DNA of 64,000 bases. Origin: Histomonas meleagridis 2922-C6/04-290x. Taxonomy: Eukaryota > Protista > Parabasalia. The notes under the pieces were generated by a model. It searched no databases and was not told the DNA's origin. It was given only the letters and a program-made list of their open reading frames with translations. The stretch covers positions 374,676 through 438,675 of the forward strand of contig JAANOX010000033.1 of assembly GCA_020184695.1 (NCBI GenBank). Reading direction: 5' to 3'. Of this stretch, positions 33,767-44,371 are shown piece after piece (position 1 is the stretch's first letter; every line of letters starts with the position of its first letter). Made by a program: the position numbers and the translations under genes.

Positions 33767-36700
33767 ATTTATTCGTTTTGTTTAAATTTTATATTATTAA
33801 TTTAATGTTTTCAAATGATATTTGGAAATTATTCAAAATATTTAATACCGTACATATGTATGCATCTTATAATGGGCAGTTGGAAATATTTAAATTACTT
33901 CTGAAACAAGAAGGAATAGAAATAAATGCTAAAGATATTTGTTCGTTTTGTTTAAATTTTATATTATTAATTTGATGTTTTCAAATAATATTTGGAAATT
34001 ATTCAAATTATTTAATACAACACATATGCATTCATTTTATGATAATCAGACGGAAATAGTTAAATTACTTCTTGAACAAAAAGGAATTGATATTAATGCT
34101 AAAGATATTTATTTGTTTTATATATAATTTATTTTAATAATTTGATATTTCAAAATAATATTTGGAAATTATTTAAATTATTTAATACAGCACTTATTAG
34201 AGCATCTTCAAATGGTCATACAGAAATCGTTAAATTACTTCTTAAACAAGAAGGAATTGATATTAATGCTGAAGATATTTAATTGTATTATTCAATATTT
34301 ATTATAATAACTTTATGTTTTATAATAATATTTGGAAACTTTTTTAAGTATTTTTTACAGCACTTATGTGTGCAGCTAGAAGTGGTTACACAGAAATAGT
34401 TAAATTACTTCTTGAACAAAAAGGAATTGATATTAATGATGAAAATATTTATTTGTTTTATTTAATATTTATTTTAATAATTTGGTACTTCAAAACAATA
34501 TTTGGAAATTATCTAAAATATTTGAAACAGCACTTATTTGTGCATCTGAAAAAGGTCATATTGAAATAGTTAAATTGCTTCTTGAACAAGAAGGAATTGA
34601 TATTAATGTTAAAGATATTTATTTGTTTTATTTAATATTTATTTTGATAATTTAATATTTCAAAATAATTTTTGAAAATTATATAAATAATTTCAAACAG
34701 CATTTATAAAAGCATATGAAAAAGGTTATATAGACATATCCAAATTACTTCTTGAACAAAAAGGAATTGATATTAGTGGTAAAAATATTTTTATGTTTTA
34801 TTTTATATTTGTTTTGGTATTATAATATTTCAAAATAATATTTGGAAATTATTTATAATATTTCAAACAGCACTTATAATAGCATCTTACAGAAATGATA
34901 CAGAAATCGTTAAATTACTTCTTGAACAAAAAGGAATTGATATTAATGCTAAAGATATTTATTTGTTTTATCTAATATTTATTTTAATATTTTGATATTT
35001 CAAAATAATATTTGGAAATTATTTAAATTATTTAAAACAGCACTTATTAGAGCATCTTCAAATGGTCATACAGAAATCGTTAAATTACTTCTTGAACAAA
35101 AAGGAATTGATATTAATGCTAAAGATTTTTATATTTATTTTAATAATTTTATATTTCAAAATAATATTTGGAAATTATTTAAATCATTTAATACAGCAAT
35201 TATTTGGGCATCTAAAAATGGTCATACAGAAATCGTTAAATTACTTCTTGAACAAGAAGGAATTGATATTAATGCTAAAGATATTTATTTGTTTTATTTA
35301 ATATTTATTTTAACAATTTTTGCTTATTTCAAAATAATATTTGGAAATTATTTATAATATTTAAAACAGCACTTATGTGTGCAACAACAAGTGGTTACAC
35401 TGAAATAGTGAAATTACTTCTTAAAAAAGATGAAACCGATACTAATGCTAAAGATATTTATTTTTATATTTATTGTTAATTTGAATAATTTAGTATTTCA
35501 AAATGACATTTTGGAAATAATTTTAATTTTTCGCAACAGCACTTATGTATGCAGCAATAAGTGGTTACACTGAAATAGTTAAATTACTTCTTAAAAAGAT
35601 GAAACCGATACTAATGTTAAAGATATTTATTTGTTTTTATTCGAAATATATTTTTGATATTTTTCATCTTTCAAAACAATGTTTTGGTAATTATTTAAAT
35701 TATTTGATACAGCACTTAATTTTGCAATCAAAAAAGGTCATATTGAAATAGTTAAATTACTTCTTAAACAAAAAGGAATTGATATCAATTGTAAAAATAT
35801 TCATAAGTTTTAATTAAAATTTATCTTAATAATTTATAATTTTAAAATAACATTTGGTTTTTATTTAAACTATTTGAAACACCACTTATGGTTGCATCAA
35901 AGAAAGGATCTTTAGAAATTGTGAAATTGCTTCTTGAACAAAAAGGAATTGATACAAATGCTAAAGATATTTATTTGTTTTATCTAATATTTATTTTAAT
36001 ATTTTGATATTTCAAAATAATATTTGGAAATTATTTAAATTATTTAAAACAGCACTTATTAGAGCATCTTCAAATGGTCATACAGAAATCGTTAAATTAC
36101 TTCTTGAACAAAAAGGAATTGATATTAATGCTAAAGATTTTTATATTTATTTTAATAATTTTATATTTCAAAATAATATTTGGAAATTATTTAAATCATT
36201 TAATACAGCAATTATTTGGGCATCTAAAAATGGTCATACAGAAATCGTTAAATTACTTCTTGAACAAGAAGGAATTGATATTAATGCTAAAGATATTTAT
36301 TTGTTTTATTTAATATTTATTTTAACAATTTTTTTGCTTATTTCAAAATAATATTTGGAAATTATTTATAATATTTAAAACAGCACTTATGTGTGCAACA
36401 ACAAGTGGTTACACTGAAATAGTGAAATTACTTCTTAAAAAAGATGAAACCGATACTAATGCTAAAGATATTTATTTTTTATATTTATTGTTAATTTGAA
36501 TAATTTAGTATTTCAAAATGACATTTGGAAATAATTTTAATTTTTCGCAACAGCACTTATGTATGCAGCAATAAGTGGTTACACTGAAATAGTTAAATTA
36601 CTTCTTAAAAAAGATGAAACCGATACTAATGTTAAAGATATTTATTTGTTTTATTCGAAATATATTTTGATATTTTCATCTTTCAAAACAATGTTTGGTA

Positions 36701-37164
36701 ATTATTTAAATTATTTGATACAGCACTTAATTTTGCAATCAAAAAAGGTCATATTGAAATAGTTAAATTACTTCTTAAACAAAAAGGAATTGATATCAAT
36801 TGTAAAAATATTCATAAGTTTTAATTAAAATTTATCTTAATAATTTATAATTTTAAAATAACATTTGGTTTTTATTTAAACTATTTGAAACACCACTTAT
36901 GGTTGCATCAAAGAAAGGATCTTTAGAAATTGTGAAATTGCTTCTTGAACAAAAAGGAATTGATACAAATGCAAAAGATTTTTCTTTGATGTTTTTAAAA
37001 ATTGTTTAAATGATTTTTTATTTTAACATAATATTTGGGAATTATTTATATTACTTCAAACAGCACTTGAGATTGCTACGAAATTTGGAAATGTTAAAGT
37101 AGCAGAACTATTTCCTGAGTACGTCGAAGATTTTCCTTCAATAGATTTTTTCTCTTTGTTTTAA
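33767..37164 (+). repeat. Interrupted ankyrin array 2: 20 modules, 170-bp period
   Basis: Module starts at 33847, 34017, 34187, 34357, 34527, 34697, 34867, 35037, 35193, 35366, 35536, 35709, 35879, 36049, 36205, 36380, 36550, 36720, 36890 and 37060; terminal TAA at 37162-37164. Confidence 0.93.
34992..37015 (+). repeat. ~1012-bp near-identical tandem duplication of a 6-module block
   Basis: The ORFs at 34992/36004 and 35062/36074 are near-identical at an offset of 1012. Confidence 0.9.
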
Positions 37165-37936
37165 ATTTTAATGTTTTGTCATTAAAACAAAATTTTTTAT
37201 GTTTTTCTTTTTATTGTAATTGGGATCATTATCTTATTTTAGCATCATGAATATTTTAGCAAAATAATTTTGAAAATAATTATTTATTTGGTCCATTTTG
37301 AAGAAATATAAAAAGAACTGACAAATAAAAATTTGTCATTTTTGTTTTTCTTGAACTCATTTTTATTGTATTTATTTTTTTTTTATTAATTTGATTTTTT
37401 GATATAACTTTTGGAACTCACTTGCTTACTATTGTATATTTTAATAAATTTTTCACATATGATTCAAATACTATTCCATTCTATTGATTGAAGTTATCGG
37501 TATTCGAATCAGAGTGTTTTATGAATTTATGAAGATATCCTCCAATTCTGACTCCTTTAGATTAGATTTGTATTAACACTTACAATATCATGGACTAATA
37601 TCATAAGAGATATTATACTGAAACATGTTACATGTTATCATTCGAAAACAAAGCAATATTTGGAATTAATTTTTATTAACGTTTGCAAAGTAAGCCTTCA
37701 AATCAACACCAGCAAAATTGGTTATGATGAATGCATAATTAGTGACTTAAAGTCAATGGATCCTGTTTTATCAGGATCAAACTTCTGGCAAGCTGAAGTG
37801 ACCAACACTTCTATTTGGTCATCAGGGAGATATGTTAATTTCTCTTTTGCACCCGTGATTCAAAAGTTTTATTCTTCGATTATTTTTTCAATAAAAATTT
37901 GTGCTCATTAATTTTACAAAATACGTTAAATATTTA

Positions 37937-39463
37937 CTAAATTGATTCAAATATATAACATGTAAGAGCATCGCAGTATAAGTCAAATCCTTGATTTCCA
38001 TGCATTTCACGTCCTGTCATCAAATCTCTAAAATAAGTTCCTCCACAATTGACATATAAATTTGTTGGAAGTGTTCCAGTATTAACCACAAACACAATCT
38101 TTGTGAATGTCTGTTGGTCCCATTTCACGTTTACAAGTGCTCCATCCTTCATTGCAATACTATTTGTACCTCTCCACATTGCAGGATATTGTCTTCTAAG
38201 CTTTAACAACTTAGCAACATAGTTATGTAAATCTTGTTGGTTCTTGTTAAACCCTTCAATATGACCATCAGTTCTTGCAAGGTTATCATTTGAAATGAAG
38301 AAATTCCAAAAATACCAATGATCATGAAGATCACCAATTTCATCTCCATAGTAAAATGTTATTGGTCCAGTATAAGTAGCCAAGCAAGCAAATGCTATTT
38401 TATGGCGTTTCCAATAATTTGGATTATTACCTTTATAGCCATATTTCTTCTTGATAAGATTTCCTAATCTCCACACGTCATGGTTTGTGATGAATAAGTT
38501 TGGGTAAACATCTGGTTGATATCCTTTTTCATTTGGTGTTCTAAATACATTTGCAAGATTTTCAACGCCATATCCACCGGCTCCTCCTTCGTCTTGTGCA
38601 ATTACTTTTACAATATCATATCTTGAAGGAAAGTCAAACGCAGATTTGAGCCCATCTTGCCCATAGGTACGATACTGTATATCGTCCGGGCCACCCCAAT
38701 GTTCACCGACCATATAACCAAGGGTGCCCCATTGCTTTCCTTCGCTTTTTCTTCTGTTGCAAGTTTCTTGAACAGCTTCACGAATTTCATGCCAATAATT
38801 ATGGCCGTTTTGAAATAGTTGATAGCATTGATCAAGTCGCCAGCCATCAATTTCATATTCACGAATCCAATACGTGGCAACCTCTTTATAGAATTCAAGA
38901 CTACCTGGATATGAAACTGGATCCCGACCACCTTCAGGTAAATTACCATTCGGTGATTTACGGACATGCCCTCCATGATGTCCAAATACTCCATCTAAGA
39001 AGATGTACATACCACGATCATGACAACCCTTAACTAAGTTGCGTAGGTCTTCATTTGTTCCGAATTTTGGATCAACGTTGAAATAATCTGTAGCAAAATA
39101 ACCTGTCGATTGTAACCTGGAACCACCCCAGCCACCTGCAGAATTAAAAATTGGAGTGAGCCAAATTGCATTAAAATTCATTCCTCTTATATAATCAAGT
39201 GCATTAATAATTCCTTTAAGATTCCCTTGATGTTTGCTTGGACCAAACCCAGTTCCATAGCTTGAAGAACCATCTCCTTGAAAAGAAGATACCATAATTT
39301 GATAAATTGTTAACGAGTTAAAATCTGTATTAATTTCATTTGATTCAAAAAATAAATTTTCGGGCGGACCATCTTCAATTTGGTTTATTTCTTCTGATGT
39401 TTCATTTGGAGGGAAAATGAAATGATAAATCTTTTTAAAGAGGAACAAGTTGAATTTTGGCAA
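37937..39463 (-). CDS. Alpha-amylase family (GH13) glycosidase
   Basis: IYQIMVSSFQ.GD, GNLKGII.ALDYI..M.FNAIWLTPIF, DGVFGH, DGWRLD (nucleophile), VGEHW (acid/base) and FITNHD. The start codon is TTG in this frame. Confidence 0.9.
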   Translation of the reverse strand: MPKFNLFLFKKIYHFIFPPNETSEEINQIEDGPPENLFFESNEINTDFNSLTIYQIMVSSFQGDGSSSYGTGFGPSKHQGNLKGIINALDYIRGMNFNAIWLTPIFNSAGGWGGSRLQSTGYFATDYFNVDPKFGTNEDLRNLVKGCHDRGMYIFLDGVFGHHGGHVRKSPNGNLPEGGRDPVSYPGSLEFYKEVATYWIREYEIDGWRLDQCYQLFQNGHNYWHEIREAVQETCNRRKSEGKQWGTLGYMVGEHWGGPDDIQYRTYGQDGLKSAFDFPSRYDIVKVIAQDEGGAGGYGVENLANVFRTPNEKGYQPDVYPNLFITNHDVWRLGNLIKKKYGYKGNNPNYWKRHKIAFACLATYTGPITFYYGDEIGDLHDHWYFWNFFISNDNLARTDGHIEGFNKNQQDLHNYVAKLLKLRRQYPAMWRGTNSIAMKDGALVNVKWDQQTFTKIVFVVNTGTLPTNLYVNCGGTYFRDLMTGREMHGNQGFDLYCDALTCYIFESI

Positions 39464-40113
39464 AATTTGAGTTCACAACCGCCAACCAGATATTCAACGG
39501 TTTTTCTCCTTTAAAAATCTACTTTTTGAAAGTGCTGTAATTTGCACACAAAATTCTGAATTCAGAACGGCTTCACACAATTGACGTTTTTGTCAGCATG
39601 ATGCTTGCGCAAGCACATGTTAGAACTGTGAAGTTGTAGTTCCATAATGAACTTTCAAGTCATAAAGCATAGTCGCTTTGCTAGTAATAAATTTATTTGT
39701 AAATGGACATGAGATATAAAGAATGAAGTTTGGTGCTCGTTCACCATCATATAATGGATTTTTAAATAGTTGTAATAAGGTTAAAATGAGTTCGTTTCTA
39801 TTATTTTATTAACCATTTTAAATAATATTTTTATTACTTATGCGAATATATTAAATATTTAATAAATCCTATATGTTCAATTTTTATTATGTTTTTTGTA
39901 ATTTTGATGATTTTCATATGTTTGTATGTTTATATTAACTTTTGTTTTGGTACTTTTCTTTCTATTGCTTTCTGTGAAAATTTGATCTTTGAGATGATTT
40001 GGATTGTATGTGCAATTTGAATAACAGTCAAATATCGTTAAAACATATTCCAAATGATTAAAATCATTGACAAAACAGACACAAATATGATATCACAAGA
40101 AAGAATTTATGTT

Positions 40114-40201
40114 GGTAGGTATATAATGCGGTCGTGACGATCCCGGAGGGGTGGGGCCTTTAGGGTTGTTGGGATCGTCACGACCGCATTATATACCTAC
40201 C
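40114..40201. mobile_element. 88-bp miniature inverted-repeat element: perfect 31-bp TIRs, 6-bp flanking direct repeat
   Basis: 40114-40144 is the exact reverse complement of 40171-40201; TATGTT lies on both sides (40108-40113 and 40202-40207). Confidence 0.8.
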
Positions 40202-40263
40202 TATGTTTATTGTGTCAACGTACTGTATAGTAAACTCATATTCATAAATCCGTAGGACCATAT

Positions 40264-41072
40264 ATGAAGTCAAAAAGCCGACAACTCTTGCAGTCCTTGG
40301 ACAAATACGATGGGAGAAAGTCGAAAGAATGGAACATCATTAATTCACGTTCCAAGGGCCATACCATCAGTTATAGAGCAAATGAATACCATTGTAGCAA
40401 TGAAATGATTTACAGGACGCTTAGATTCAACAAAGAAATTAATAAGGTTCCTTCACCAGCAAAAAGAGGGCGCCCAACAAAACTCAATCAAGCAGTGCTT
40501 TCACAAATTGAAGCTGCTACGATGTTGGATCCAACATCTAGCAACAAATCTTTATCATGGACAATTAATTTGTCTCCAAGTACAATCAATAGAGGGAGAC
40601 ATAAATTAAAATGCAATTGGAAGCCATGTAAAGTATCCCAAAACTTAAATCACAGAAACAAATTAAGAAAAGATTAAATTTTGCAAATAATATTCTTAAC
40701 AGCAGCGATTTCCAGTATGAAAAAATCATCTTCTCAGATGAGTCCAGATTTTGTCTAAAATCAGATTAGAAATGTGTTTGGAGGAAGATTGGTGAAATAA
40801 ATGACCAAATCGTTGCAGTAAAAAAAAATTTTTTTGAAGGGCATATGGTCTTCGGTGCTGTAGGTGTGAATTACATAAGCGATTTTTTATTTATTGATGA
40901 AACAGAAGATTCAAAAAAATATGTAGAAATTCTTAAAAGTTATTCAGTATTTCCAACACTTGATCGAATTTTTGAGCAACGGCAGTGGGTTTGGCAACAA
41001 GATGGCGCCCCATCACACACATCGCACTACACGAAAGATTTTTTAAATAGTGCATGCCGATGCTTCCACTAA
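40264..41072 (+). mobile_element. Degenerate Tc1/mariner (DDE_3) transposase
   Basis: KRGRPTKL/HTH region, IIFSDESRFCL, MVFGAVG and WQQDGAPSHTS. Frameshift and stops; truncated before the E motif. Confidence 0.85.
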
Positions 41073-41097
41073 TTTGTATGACATGAAATGAGAAACG

Positions 41098-42286
41098 ATG
41101 ATAACTATTGATGCTGAATCAAAGTCCCAATTATATGCTTCTAGTTATCTTTCCGGTCAAGATCAAGAAGTATACCAAGTGTTTTTTCAAGAAATTCGAA
41201 GAATGATTGGCAAAGCATTAAGAGTAATTATAGTTGATCTTTGTCAAGCTCAATTTATAGCAATTCAGCATATATATCCTGAGAGCTTTATCGTTTTTTG
41301 TCTTAGGCATTTAGGAAAAAATCTCGTAAAGTATTTTGCCAAGGATTCTGATGTTATAGTAGGATTTTATGATATTAAAAGAAATGTTCATTAATGTGAA
41401 GATTATATAGAATTGTTAAAAAGTGAATTAAATGAGACACATGAAGATAATACAGGAATACAAACTATTAAATGGATGATTGACTATGAAGCTCATTGGT
41501 TGCCTATATCTCTGATCAAAAATGGCATTCTTAATGATTGGACAACAAACAGAGTGGAAGGTTTTTTTCGGGATGTTCAAACAAAAATTTGGATTCAAAA
41601 GATTCACTTTTTCAATAATTACAAAGTATTTATTAATTCAAGGTAGAACCATGATTATTGATTGTTTAAGTTCAACGAAATAGACAAATTCATTTTACAG
41701 AGAAGTCATATGCATTGAACCAAATGATATACAGTAGATTGGTAAATTGGCTTTATATATCATATCTTCTAAAATGGTTGAGTGACTTCAAGGAAATGAA
41801 GTTACATTTTGTAAATTATGTGCACTTCGTCAAGCTTGCCCAGAACTTTCTCTTCCATGTCGTCATATTTCGAACGATAATTTCCTTTTTAAAACAACAG
41901 ACCTTCACGAAAGATATTTAAGAGTAGACCATTCCTCAGAGGTTCAAATAACTCAAACAGTGATTACAGTCCCTAACAAGCAACCAAGTTCAAATTACAC
42001 AGATATCATGGCTCAATTTGCACCTTTTGCTTCTGTGGCATCTCGAAATTCTGAAGAAAATAATATTTAACAAAAATCATTGCAAAGGCTAAGATCAACG
42101 CAAAAAAATTCGATCAACCGAATGCCACCAATTATGCCTTTACATGGCAGGTTTGCTGTTCACCCTGCAAACAATGTGGTTCTCGATGGGAAACAAAAAA
42201 CAAAGCGTTTATATAAATCTAGCATTTGTAGCCAAATGGAACATAACAAGGCAACTTGCCCAAATATCAAACGTATGAATAAATGA
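41098..42286 (+). mobile_element. Degenerate Mutator/MULE transposase (C-terminal half)
   Basis: IIVD..Q..AI..IYP..FCLRHL..N, WTTNRVEGF, SWIM-like C..C..LPCRH and a terminal C..C.Q.EHNKATC knuckle, across several frames. Confidence 0.78.
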
Positions 42287-43226
42287 TCAAAGGTAATTTT
42301 TCCCTTTTCATCAGTAATATACTAAAAACATGGTGTTAAATTCTTGTACATAATTGTAAATATTCTAGACTGTAAATTAGAACTTTCACAATAGATTCCA
42401 TTATATTTTCCAATTATTAATGATACTTTAAAGTTCATTTTATTGAGATTTAAAAATTTAATTTAATGAAATTAATATTAGCGCATATAAAAGTGCCAAT
42501 GCATTCCACAGTCTCATAATCAACTTCATTAAATAATGCTATTTAGATATAATTAATAAAAAAAAAAAACAAAAACAATTTGTTGTAAGGGTAATATCTA
42601 TCAATGTTCATATCACTTTCAATATAAATAATACAATCTACATATTTTGACAAATATTTGTGTTTGAATGCATACTTGGTCAACTATTATAATGTAAACG
42701 ACTTTCAATTGAAATCACAAAGATGCCACTTTTGAAGTCAAAATATTTATTTGAAATATTTTACATCATACAAAAAGTCGAAACATGAAAAAAATTCAAA
42801 ATAAGTCATTATATTTTGTGACATAGAATCAATTTTTTTTTAATAAAATATAAAGTTTATATGTTTTAATAGATGGTGAATTTAATCATATGTATAAATT
42901 TCAAAAATAGAAATAAAATTTCAAATGCTCAATGATTTCGTCAAAATTAGGAATTATATGAAATTAATAGTGCATTTATGTTTTTCTATGCATAATTTAT
43001 TACAGTTTGATATAAAAATCATTAATTTTTAACTTTTAATTTTTGGATTTTTTGGAATTTTAAAAAATTTGTTTTTTCGGCGGTTGTCATCACATCGCAT
43101 TCAAAAAGTGGAGAATTGTTAGAATAACCGCCAAAAAGTGGGTACAAAAGAGGTACAGTTAGCACACTCCCGGGTGATACAGCACCAAATGCAAAAAGTT
43201 ATATCACAAAAGAAATTATTGAAAAG

Positions 43227-43765
43227 ATGGCAAATAAAACAAATGTTCAAAATCATGATAAAGTTCAACTTATGGCAATCGAAAGCTTGTGTTTTTATGT
43301 GTTTTTTAGAATAAGTAGTGAGGCGATTAGAATTTCAGGTAATGAAATCAAAGTTGATAATGAAGAAAGACTATATTTACATATCCCATTTTCCAAAACA
43401 AATCGAACTGGTCGGAAGATGACCGTTTATATTTACAATAATGATACGGTTTATTCACCTTCCAAATGGGTTTTTTCTTGGAAAAACATTAGACCGTTTA
43501 CAAACGATAAGAGGATATTCACTTTCGATGGAAGAACTGTGCGAAGTATTTAAAACTTTTAAAGAAGCAGATTAAAAGGCTAGGAATAGATCCCAAGCAA
43601 TACTCAACAAATTCATTCAGGAAGGGTGGTTCCCACGAAGCAGCACTTGCTAAAGTCGAAGATTGCAAGATCAAAGCGCAGGGACGTTGGTTCTCAAATT
43701 GCTACCAGAGATATGCTTCTGTCAGCATGATCGAAGCAGCTGAAGAAATCACAGTTAAAATCTAA
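43227..43765 (+). mobile_element. Tyrosine-recombinase relic 1 (Crypton/DIRS/PLV-type YR)
   Basis: FRISSE..IPFSKTNRTG, then after one frameshift near 43545: YSTNSFRKGGSHEAAL..IKAQGRWFSNCYQRY (R-x-x-G..G-R-W..Y). Confidence 0.8.
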
Positions 43766-44220
43766 GCAGTAAAACAATAAAAAATTTTATTTTTGTAATA
43801 TTTATATTATTCGTAAGCAAAAGTGGTATAATTTTTTTTTCCTGAGTAATCAAGTAAAGTATTGAAATAGTTGGTCAATAATTCAAAATTACATCATTAC
43901 TTGAAATAATAGTAATCAAAATGCAAGGAATTAGAAGATATTACTCTATAGATATTCACAGATGTATTCAAAAGAAGTCGATCATTTTAAATCCAAAAAT
44001 TACATAAACTATTGAATCAAAAATTAAAAAAAAAAAATATCTTAATATATAATACATTTAAACACGATAAAATTATGTTTTTAAATATTACATATCTATT
44101 GTTATATCTTCATATGATATTAGAACAATTTATTGAGGAAATGTTCGTCAGGCTTGCACCATTAACGTTTTTTGACACACCACATTTTTTGTTTACAGAA
44201 AACTAATATGATTCCGGGAT

Positions 44221-44266
44221 TTTGCCCAGGGATATATATCCCATTTGCCCAGGGATATATATCCCA
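44221..44266. repeat. 23-bp tandem duplication, each unit containing the 14-bp palindrome GGGATATATATCCC
   Basis: (tttgcccagggatatatatccca)x2, read directly. Confidence 0.9.
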
Positions 44267-44371
44267 TATTAGCAAAATTAATTCATTATCAATCCATTGG
44301 ATTGTTAATCTAGGAAATTCATTTTAATTAAAATTCCAACGTTATTTTTTATTCATTTCCGACTTTTTATT

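Noticed and set aside
35062-36313. 79-aa alternate-frame ORFs (MVIQKSLNYFLNKKELILMLK...) in the arrays
   Set aside because: They are out-of-frame readings of ankyrin modules plus spacer, not a separate repeat protein.
33767-37164. Regular repeat-spacer periodicity resembling a CRISPR array
   Set aside because: The repeats encode ankyrin, the spacers are homologous to each other rather than unique, the context is eukaryotic, and there are no cas genes.
11367-37164. Stop-codon reassignment as the explanation for the fragmented ankyrin ORFs
   Set aside because: The spacers shift the frame (80 nt), which readthrough cannot fix. Long genes have no internal stops and end normally in TAA, TAG or TGA.
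37660-37911. 83-aa plus-strand ORF convergent with the amylase
   Set aside because: Non-ATG start and no motif; at most a gene relic.
40159-40165. TTTAGGG telomere-like heptamer, and (CTAA)7 at ~62165
   Set aside because: A single copy and a short microsatellite respectively; no telomeric array.
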